NCBI GenBank assembly: GCA_038214755.1
Contig: JBBQRQ010000042.1
Span: forward strand, 1 to 41,256
Direction: 5' to 3'
Length of the DNA stretch: 41,256 nucleotides
Source: Verrucomicrobiota bacterium
GTDB taxonomy: Bacteria > Verrucomicrobiota > Verrucomicrobiia > Limisphaerales > CANJXF01
Below the pieces are notes generated by a model. It worked only from the letters and a program-made list of their open reading frames with translations, was not told the DNA's origin and ran no database searches. This document shows, piece by piece, positions 21,636 to 28,999 of this stretch. The position numbers and the translations under genes were made by a program. Position 1 is the first letter of the stretch. Every line of letters starts with the position of its first letter.

Positions 21636-22060
21636 CTTATCTGGACACCGGCTGCTTCGTCAAACTTTACTACCCGGAAGCCGACAGCGTGCAAGTCATC
21701 GCGCACGTTCAGGGCAAGTCTGTCTGTTACACGCCGCTGCACGAATTGGAGTTTGTGAATGCGCTTCAACTCAAAGTGTTCCTCAAAAATGCCACACCAC
21801 AACAAGTGATCGCCGCGCGCGGACTGGTCGAGGCAGATTTGAAATCAGGTGTGCTTGTGTCGGTGGGCGGTGATTGGCCGAATTTTTTTCGCGAGGCAGT
21901 AAAGCTGGCAGAGCAGCACACCGGAACAATCGGCTGCCGCTCGCTGGATATTCTTCATTGTGCCGCCGCCAAGGTTTTGACCGCGACGGAGTTCATCAGC
22001 ACCGACACCCGACAGAAAAAGCTGGCCGCAGCGATGGGTTTGAATCTGGTGACGATTTGA
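21632..22060 (+). CDS. vapC: VapC-family PIN-domain toxin
   Basis: YLDTGCFVKLY..E, LHELE, RSLDILH, FISTDTRQ acidic PIN residues. Confidence 0.88.
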   Translation: MTYLDTGCFVKLYYPEADSVQVIAHVQGKSVCYTPLHELEFVNALQLKVFLKNATPQQVIAARGLVEADLKSGVLVSVGGDWPNFFREAVKLAEQHTGTIGCRSLDILHCAAAKVLTATEFISTDTRQKKLAAAMGLNLVTI

Positions 22061-22092
22061 AGTTGCCAGTCAAAGTCAGAGAATTTTTATGA

Positions 22093-22418
22093 ATGAAAAC
22101 TGATTTGAATTTGATCGAAGAAGCCGTCAAAACCGGAACCGCCCCAGCGGAGATTGCCGACGCTTTCAACGAGTTGTCCTCGTTGCGCGAACAATTTAAA
22201 AAAATTCGGCGAGCCGGAAAGTTACTACCTCGAAGCCATGAACTGTCCGCATCACCACCGCATTTTTGCGGCGGAAGTCTTTGCAGACGGCCACAAGCAG
22301 TTATCGCGACTTGCCGTGGCGTCTGGCCGAAGTGTTTGCACACGGCCACAAGGCACCTGCTATCGCTACGAACAATCGGGCGAGTTGTTCGGCCTCATGT
22401 GCGTCCGCTCGCTTAACA
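22093..22418 (+). pseudogene. thrS: thrS fragment 2 with an alternative insert region and two 20-bp insertions
   Basis: 22223-22418 matches thrS 19459-19621 (YYLEAMNCPHHHRIFAAE...). It is preceded by a helical ORF that joins this frame if the A7 at 22198-22204 were A6. Confidence 0.85.
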
Positions 22419-22435
22419 AAACCAGTTCGCTGCCC

Positions 22436-22465
22436 TTGACGAACCTGTAGCTTAAAAGCTACACT
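22436..22465 (+). promoter_or_regulatory. TA promoter with palindromic operator
   Basis: TTGACG-N18-TACACT overlapped by the palindrome tgtagctt-aa-aagctaca (22446-22463). Confidence 0.7.
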
Positions 22466-22471
22466 TTCTCA

Positions 22472-22807
22472 GTGCTGATCACGCCCAAAGAAATCGAGGT
22501 CTTCCGCGCCAAAAACGGCGGAGTGCCTTTCGAGAATTGGTTGGATGATTTAAAGGATAAAAAGGCCGTAGCCCGCGTGCTGGCACGGCTGGCGCGGGTG
22601 CGTCAGGGCAATCTGGGCGATTGCAAATCGGTGGGCGAAGGCGTTTCCGAATTGCGGGTGGATTACGGGGCGGGCTACCGGGTTTATTTTGGACAGAAAG
22701 GCCGGACGTTGGTGGTGTTGCTCTGCGGAGGCGATAAGCGGACGCAGGATCGCGACATCCGTCTGGCGAAACAGTATTGGCACGAATTCAAAGAGGGCGA
22801 ATTATGA
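22472..22807 (+). CDS. RelE/HigB-like addiction module killer protein
   Basis: PFENWLDDLKD...GNLGDCKSVGEGVSELRVDYGAGYRVYFGQ...LLCGGDKRTQDRDI. Confidence 0.9.
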   Translation: MLITPKEIEVFRAKNGGVPFENWLDDLKDKKAVARVLARLARVRQGNLGDCKSVGEGVSELRVDYGAGYRVYFGQKGRTLVVLLCGGDKRTQDRDIRLAKQYWHEFKEGEL

Positions 22808-23088
22808 AAACCGTCAGTTACAAAAAAATTCTACGCGAGAAACTGGATGACCCTGAACAAGCGGCGGAATATCTCACCGCCTGCTACGAGGAAGGCCCGG
22901 AAGTTTTTCTGGTTGGCCTGCGCGATGTCGTCGAAGCGCAAGGGGGCGTGAGTCGCACGGCGGAATTGAGCAAACTGAATCGTGAAAGTTTGTATCGCCT
23001 TGTTTCACGCAATGGTAATCCGCGTTTATCGAGTCTTAATTCCGTGCTTTCCGCGCTTGGTTTGAAACTCACGTTCGAGGCGGCTTGA
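22804..23088 (+). CDS. HTH addiction module antidote (HigA-like)
   Basis: AAEYLTAC...GLRDVVEAQGGVSRTAELSKLNRESLYRLVSRNGNPRLSSL; toxin-first gene order. Confidence 0.9.
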   Translation: MKTVSYKKILREKLDDPEQAAEYLTACYEEGPEVFLVGLRDVVEAQGGVSRTAELSKLNRESLYRLVSRNGNPRLSSLNSVLSALGLKLTFEAA

Positions 23089-23536
23089 AAGTTGCGCCTT
23101 GAAATATCGCGACAAGGATAATTCCGAGAAAACGCCATTGTGCATTCATCGCGCGCCGGTCGGCACGCATGAACGTTTCATCGGTTTCCTGATTGAACAT
23201 TACGCCGGCAACTTCCCGCTCTGGCTCGCGCCCGAGCAAGTCCGCGTCCTGACGCTCAACGCCGACGCCAATCTCGTCGCCTACGCCAAAGACATCGCGC
23301 AACAACTTCGCGCCGCCGAAGTCCGCCTGACCAGCGACCTCGGCCCCGAACCGATCAAAGCGAAAATCGCGGAAGCTGAAACTGCGAAAGTCCACACGAT
23401 GCTCGTTATCGGCGGGCGTGATGTAGAAGCGGGCAACGTGAGCGTGCGTTTGCATGGAAAAGGGAATGTGGGCGCGAAACCGAAAGGGGAAGTGGTGGCG
23501 GAGATTTTGGGGGCGATTAAAGAACGAAAATCATGA
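23089..23536 (+). pseudogene. thrS: thrS fragment 3 (3' ~145 codons, frame intact to its own stop)
   Basis: Matches thrS from ~19970 (KYRDKDNSEKTPLCIHRA...). Ends in a different tail, ILGAIKERKS; the stop overlaps the next ATG. Confidence 0.92.
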
Positions 23537-24783
23537 GCAAGCAATCACGCCAACGAATGCGCGATGCTGCCGGACAACGCGGCTCTGGGAAACGCTCGCG
23601 CTGGGTGTTGGCAATCATTCTGGCCGGAATTGTGATTGGCGGTTTTGCAATTTGGAAAAAACGTCCATCAACAGCGAATGTTGCTGGAACTGATGGTCAC
23701 AATTCAGTCACCGCCAAATTTCCACCGACGAGTTTTGCCGAACTTTGCGCGCTCGAAACCAATGATCTCGAACGGTGTGACATTGCTTTGATGAACCTGC
23801 TCTGCGCGGAAGGACTGGTCGGTTCAGAACATCTCAACATTTCCAGTAACCTGACGCTGCTGGATAATTTCGCAAAATACGTGAAGTCCGAAACCGAGAG
23901 GCATTTGTATAAGTTTCGCGAACACCCTGATGAGTTCAACAATTCCGAAGGCTACTTCCGCATGATGATGATGACGACGGTGCTTCAGCAAGATTTGGGA
24001 GTGCGGTATAATCCAGAACGAATCCAATTGCCGTGGAATCCAATCGAATCGAACGAGCGATTTTTCGCAGACTCACGGGATATTTTTATTCACGGTTTGG
24101 CGCGCAAGAACGGCACTGGAACTTGTTCGTCCATGCCGGTGTTTTTCGTCGCTGTTGGTCGTCGGCTTGGTTATCCGCTGAAATTGGTGAGAGCCAAGTC
24201 GCATTTATTCGCTCGCTGGGACGAAGCGGGTCGGAGTTTTAATATCGAAGGAACATCCATCGGCTTGGTGAGCTATCCCGATAATCATTATCGGAATTGG
24301 CCAATGTCGTTTACGCCTGAGGAAGAGGAGGCAGAAAGTTATTTGAAATCGTTGACGCCAGTGCAGGAACTGACCGTATTCCTCTCCATTCGTGGCGCGT
24401 GTCTGCGAGCGCACACGAATTATTTGCATGCTCTTGGAGCATTTGCGCAGGCATTTTACAAGGAGCCGCAATCCGTCGGTTATCAAAAGCTTTTCGCGAA
24501 TGCGGAATACGAGGCGTATCACGCAGGCGTGTTGGACAAACGTGCCGCGCTCCAGTTTGCAATACATTCGTTGGAAATTCCGCCGGGACCGCGAGCCGCA
24601 GAATTTTCTGAGAGAAAAGCGACGCTTAACTTCAAAAACGAAAAGGGAATCGCGGCATCCGAAATTGAAAGAGAATTGGAAATTCTGCGCGCAGAAATAA
24701 GTTCTAGCCGCGAAAAAACTTATTTACAGAACGAACCGAATCCACTAAAAAGCCTCTTGTCGCCACAAAACTCAGTGCCATAG
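23533..24783 (+). CDS. Membrane-anchored transglutaminase-like (SirB1-related) protein
   Basis: N-terminal TM segment; GTCSSMPVFFVAVGRRLGYPLKLVRAKSHLFARWD gives a Cys...His pattern typical of the transglutaminase-like fold. Confidence 0.65.
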   Translation: MSKQSRQRMRDAAGQRGSGKRSRWVLAIILAGIVIGGFAIWKKRPSTANVAGTDGHNSVTAKFPPTSFAELCALETNDLERCDIALMNLLCAEGLVGSEHLNISSNLTLLDNFAKYVKSETERHLYKFREHPDEFNNSEGYFRMMMMTTVLQQDLGVRYNPERIQLPWNPIESNERFFADSRDIFIHGLARKNGTGTCSSMPVFFVAVGRRLGYPLKLVRAKSHLFARWDEAGRSFNIEGTSIGLVSYPDNHYRNWPMSFTPEEEEAESYLKSLTPVQELTVFLSIRGACLRAHTNYLHALGAFAQAFYKEPQSVGYQKLFANAEYEAYHAGVLDKRAALQFAIHSLEIPPGPRAAEFSERKATLNFKNEKGIAASEIERELEILRAEISSSREKTYLQNEPNPLKSLLSPQNSVP

Positions 24784-24796
24784 AAAAGGAGAAATT

Positions 24797-25393
24797 ATGA
24801 AACGAATATTCCTGCCTCTCATCGTAACAGCAGTTCTTTTCTCAATGACGTCCGCAAAGGCGTTTTACGATCCGTCCATTGGTCGCTGGGTGAATCGAGA
24901 TCCACTGGGTGAAGGCAGAGGTTCCAGCGCAATGATGGAAAATGTGATTGGCCCGTTCGAGTTATTTAACGGGGGCAATCTTTACCATTTTGTTTACAAT
25001 GATCCAGTGACGCAAGTTGATGTTTGGGGGCTAGATGTTTGGGTGGTGCAGCAGAATGGCGGTTTCGGTCATCAATGGGCGGTAGGCGACAATGGCAACG
25101 GAACATATTGGGATTCGGATAAAATGCCCGGAAAAGGCCCTCTTGCGCCGCTTAATTGCCCTCCACAAATTAGTTTTCACCCGGACTCTGGATTCGATCC
25201 CAAGAATCTTAATCCCGACTTCACGATTAAGCGGCATGTAACAACGAGTTCTTCGGTAGATAAAAAAGTTCGCGATGAAGCTGAAAAGCGAGCGCGGGAA
25301 AATAAAGGACGATATGATGCAGCCTGTAGCAATTGCCGAGATCATGCTAACGGTCTGGCTGATTACGCCGTAGGGGCCAAATTAGTGGATTAG
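24797..25393 (+). CDS. Signal-peptide-bearing RHS-repeat-associated core protein with a putative C-terminal toxin domain
   Basis: Signal peptide ...SAKA then FYDPSIGRWVNRDPLGE...GGNLYHFVYNDPVTQVDVWGL. The tail carries GHQW and Y...SNCR motifs. Confidence 0.8.
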   Translation: MKRIFLPLIVTAVLFSMTSAKAFYDPSIGRWVNRDPLGEGRGSSAMMENVIGPFELFNGGNLYHFVYNDPVTQVDVWGLDVWVVQQNGGFGHQWAVGDNGNGTYWDSDKMPGKGPLAPLNCPPQISFHPDSGFDPKNLNPDFTIKRHVTTSSSVDKKVRDEAEKRARENKGRYDAACSNCRDHANGLADYAVGAKLVD

Positions 25394-25410
25394 TAAAACC
25401 TTTCGTTTCG

Positions 25411-25797
25411 ATGCAATCAGAGGAGTCGAACGGAGTTGGGTCAGGATTTCCTGGTTGGATTTTGGTAGTTCTTGGGGTGTTAGTTGGGACTTACGCAATA
25501 ATTGGTATACTGACTCAACGTAGTTTACGCAGAGCGACCACAGCAGAGCTTCGATTGTTACTTACTCGTTGGGTTGAGGCGGGGAAACCCACGGAAACGC
25601 CTTTGAAAGCGTTTATGTCCGGGCGAGGTGCCGAGTTCGTAGTTTCCAATCGAAATATCACTCTAGGAGACAGCAATTTTGTAACTCAGTTCGCCACGGT
25701 TCGCCCAAAATCAGGAGAGGAAGCAACTGTTTTCATCACAACGAATGGTATTTGCATCTGGTGGCCTAAAGTTGGAAAACCCAAAATCGTGAATTAA
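25411..25797 (+). CDS. Putative immunity protein 1 (N-terminal TM)
   Basis: Directly downstream of the RHS-core gene; paralog of the next ORF (WVEAGKP, FMSGR, QFATVRPKS, FITTNGICIW). Confidence 0.6.
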   Translation: MQSEESNGVGSGFPGWILVVLGVLVGTYAIIGILTQRSLRRATTAELRLLLTRWVEAGKPTETPLKAFMSGRGAEFVVSNRNITLGDSNFVTQFATVRPKSGEEATVFITTNGICIWWPKVGKPKIVN

Positions 25798-25881
25798 ACT
25801 TGAGGTCAAAAATTTCTCACTGCCGGACTGCAATCGTCCTCGCGCTGGCGGCGGCGCAAAGAATAAAAGTTAGCGGATGGA

Positions 25882-26247
25882 ATGAAGAAGGCTCTTATCG
25901 TTAGCGGCGGGGTAATTTTCTGCGTTGTCGTTGCTTATTTAATCCTGAGTTTTTTTGTTACCCGAAGTCTCCATCGAGCGGATTGTGCTGAAATTTCCTC
26001 GTATTATAAAGGGTGGATCCAAGCAGGAAAACCGGGTGGTGAAGAACTTATCAAATTCATGCAAGGAAGACGGCGGGATTTGATTGTCACAAACCGCATT
26101 TTTCTCATTCAAGGCACGAATTATTTTTCCCAATTTGCAGTGACAGAACCCAAGTCTTTGCGTGATGGAACGCTGTTCATTACTACCAACGGCATTTTGA
26201 TTTGGCAGCCGTTAAATCACGATCCTGAAATTGTTCAATTCAATTGA
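25882..26247 (+). CDS. Putative immunity protein 2 (paralog)
   Basis: WIQAGKP, FMQGR, QFAVTEPKS, FITTNGILIW. Confidence 0.6.
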   Translation: MKKALIVSGGVIFCVVVAYLILSFFVTRSLHRADCAEISSYYKGWIQAGKPGGEELIKFMQGRRRDLIVTNRIFLIQGTNYFSQFAVTEPKSLRDGTLFITTNGILIWQPLNHDPEIVQFN

Positions 26248-26253
26248 CCCCAA

Positions 26254-26614
26254 CTGTGGAAAAAAACCGAGGACATGGTGCGCAAAGTGTTGATCGATTC
26301 CGGCATCAACTTTGTGGAAGTCGCCAACGAAGCCGCATTTTACGGCCCGAAAATCGACGTGCAGGTCTGGAGCGCCATCGGTCGCGAATTCACGATTGCG
26401 ACCAACCAGGTGGATTTCGCCGTGCCCGCGAAGTTCGGCCTGAAATATCGCGACAAAGATAATTCCGAGAAAACGCCGCGGTGCATTTATCTCGCAGCGC
26501 TCGGCACGCATCCCGCAGGCGCGGGATTTCATCGGAGATAAAGTCAGTCCGCCTCCGCACGTCGTCGGCTACACATCCGTAACTTCCGCTCTGGCTCGCG
26601 CCCGAACAAGTCCG
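26254..26614 (+). pseudogene. thrS: thrS fragment 4 (~19792-20123) interrupted by a REP half
   Basis: LWKKTEDMVRKVLIDSGINF...KYRDKDNSEKTP, then an insertion at 26536-26573, then aacttccgctctggctcgcgcccgaacaagtccg. Confidence 0.9.
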
Positions 26615-26713
26615 GCTCCAGATACCATGAGAAATTCGGCCGTAAAAACTTTAAGCAGAACCGAGAAACCTCATTTGAATTTCGAGCAGAGATAAGCCAA
26701 TCTCCGCCCAGAA

Positions 26714-28285
26714 GTGGCTGAAACAATTTTAACGGAAAAGACAAAACCGAAACGCAACATACGTTGGTGGCCGGGTTTCAGTATTTTGCTGGTAGCAGTT
26801 TTGGCGATAGTCTTGGTGCGCGCGCAAACGGACTGGCCCTTTCAAAGACGAAATCTCACTTCCGCCCGAATCATCGCGGCGACCGTGATTGCTCTGCTCA
26901 TCTGGTGGACTTTTTTATCACGCGCGTCGAATCGATTGCGTTTGGGCATAACGTTTGGGTTTGTCGGAGCGTTAATAGTTGCCGCTCTTCTGTTTCGAGT
27001 GCGGGGAGTAACCGGCGATCTGCTGCCCATACTTGAATATCGCTGGACGAAACAAAGCGCCGACATAATCCCACCCAAAACATTCGCCAACGCTTCCGCT
27101 GCGCAACTGACTCGCAGCGTAACAAATGATTTTCCACAATTTCGCGGGCCGAATCGCGATGGGGTTTTGCCGGGTCCCCGTCTTGAAACCAACTGGATGG
27201 CGCATCCGCCACAAATTATTTGGAGGCAAAAAGTCGGCGGGGCGTGGTCGGGATTTTCCGTCGTCGGAGACATTTGTCTTACGCAAGAGCAGCAAAGCGA
27301 GAATGAATGCGTTGTGGCCCGTGACCTGACGAGCGGCAAGGAACTTTGGCGGCATGCCGACAAAGCGCATTACAACACGACTATTGCGGGTGAAGGACCG
27401 CGAGCGACGCCGACGGTGGTGAGTAATCGTGTTTTCACTTTCGGCGCTACAGGAATTCTGAACTGCTTCGATCTTTCGTCAGGAAAAATGCTTTGGAGTC
27501 GCGACTTGATAAAGCTCAGCGGTGGAAAAATGCCCGACTGGGGCGTGGCAGGTTCGCCGCTGTGCGTGGATGGACTCGTCATCGTTCATGGCGGCAAAGG
27601 AGCCAAAAATTCACTTCACGCGTTTCGCGCGGAAGACGGGCAGCCGGTCTGGTCAGGCGGCCTAATGAATTCGGACTATGCGTCGCCATCGTTCGCGATC
27701 CTTGCGGGCGCGCCACAAATTCTCGCCTTCAACAGCGGCGCAATTTCCGGTCACGATCCAAAGACGGGCGCAACGCTGTGGCAACTTCCGTGGGGAAGTG
27801 GCAATGTCGCCTGCGCATCGCCGGTGGTGGTAAGCGATAACCAGGTTTTATTTTCCAGCGCTTACGGCTTCGGCGCGGAGTTAGTGGAAATTTCGCGGAC
27901 CAATTCAGAATTCGCCGCGACAGTTTTGTGGAAATCGATCCGCATGAAAGCAAAGTTTTCCCACATGTTCGCTCGCGGCGGATTTCTTTATGGATTGGAT
28001 GACGGAATTTTCGCGTGCGTTGATTTGAGGGATGGATCGCAACGATGGAAGGAAGGCCGCTACGGACACGGCCAGGGATTGGCCGTCGGCGACCTCTATC
28101 TTTTGATGGCGGAATCGGGCGAATTGATCCTTTTGTGGCCGACGCCTGATGCATCTAACGAACTTGCGCGCTTTCGAATATTTGATTCCAAAACGTGGAA
28201 TCCCATTGCGCTCGCGGGCGACTTGCTTTTGGTTCGCAATGATCGTGAAGCGGCCTGTCTGCGACTATCTCCGAGTTCTAAATAA
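26714..28285 (+). CDS. PQQ-binding-like beta-propeller (BamB-like) membrane protein
   Basis: Three N-terminal TM segments; DFPQFRGPNRDG, repeated D..(S/T)G...W motifs, GEGPRATP. Confidence 0.88.
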   Translation: MAETILTEKTKPKRNIRWWPGFSILLVAVLAIVLVRAQTDWPFQRRNLTSARIIAATVIALLIWWTFLSRASNRLRLGITFGFVGALIVAALLFRVRGVTGDLLPILEYRWTKQSADIIPPKTFANASAAQLTRSVTNDFPQFRGPNRDGVLPGPRLETNWMAHPPQIIWRQKVGGAWSGFSVVGDICLTQEQQSENECVVARDLTSGKELWRHADKAHYNTTIAGEGPRATPTVVSNRVFTFGATGILNCFDLSSGKMLWSRDLIKLSGGKMPDWGVAGSPLCVDGLVIVHGGKGAKNSLHAFRAEDGQPVWSGGLMNSDYASPSFAILAGAPQILAFNSGAISGHDPKTGATLWQLPWGSGNVACASPVVVSDNQVLFSSAYGFGAELVEISRTNSEFAATVLWKSIRMKAKFSHMFARGGFLYGLDDGIFACVDLRDGSQRWKEGRYGHGQGLAVGDLYLLMAESGELILLWPTPDASNELARFRIFDSKTWNPIALAGDLLLVRNDREAACLRLSPSSK

Positions 28286-28297
28286 ATGAATTCTTCG

Positions 28298-28630
28298 TTA
28301 CCGCCAGTAACTTCCCGCTCTGACTCGCGCCCGAACAAATCTGCGTCCTGACGCTCCACGCCGACGACAATCTCGTCGCCTACGCCAAAGACATCGCCCA
28401 ACAACTCCGTGCCGCCGAAGTCCGCCAGCAATCTCGGCCCCGAACCGATCAAAGCGAAAATCGCGGACGCTGAATCAGCCAAAGTGCATACGATGCTCGT
28501 CATCGGTGGGCGCGATGTGGAAGCGGGCAACGTGAGCGTGCGTTTGCATGGGAAAGGGAATGTGGGAGCGAAATCCAAGGAAGAAGTTATATCAAACATT
28601 CTAAAAACGATCAAAGAGCGAACGGCCTAA
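28298..28630 (+). pseudogene. thrS: thrS fragment 5 (degenerate 3' end)
   Basis: Matches thrS ~20078-end with TGG>TGA and a small deletion; tail GAKSKEEVISNILKTIKERTA. Confidence 0.9.
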
Positions 28631-28955
28631 CCGGGAGCGATCGTTTCATTTCCAAACCGAGCAGCGCGACGGAAACGGTAGAGCTGGGCAGACCGCAACG
28701 GCGAATCACTTCGTCGATGCTCGACTCCTGTTCGCTCAAGGCGTCGTAAATTTTCTGCTCGTTTTCCGAAAGTGTGAGCATGGGCAAAACTCCGGTCTCG
28801 CTCGCGCCCGCTGGACGGTTGCTCGTTGGAAATAAATATTCGAACTCGCTTAGAATATCTTCCGCGCCTTCGCAAAGCTTCGCGCCTTTCTTGATCAACT
28901 CGTGACAATTTTTGCCGCGCGGAAAATCAATTCTTCCGGGCACAGAAAACTGCCC
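28631..28955 (-). pseudogene. dprA: DprA (Smf) C-terminal fragment
   Basis: FSVPGRID.PRGKNCHELIKKGAKLCEGAEDILSE plus winged-helix SIDEVIRRCGLPSSTVSVALLGLEMKR; the N-terminal two-thirds are absent. Confidence 0.75.
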
Positions 28956-28999
28956 GCCATCCGCGAACCGAGCGAGCGTCACTCGCCTGGTCGTTTCGG

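Noticed and set aside
22277..22351. Mini-CRISPR (two 20-bp repeats, 35-bp spacer)
   Set aside because: Spacer and both flanks are collinear thrS sequence; only two short repeats; no leader or cas genes.
23099..23536. Functional stand-alone ThrRS anticodon-binding protein
   Set aside because: It starts mid catalytic domain at a TTG formed at the junction, without a clear RBS; better explained as a relic, though translation is not excluded.
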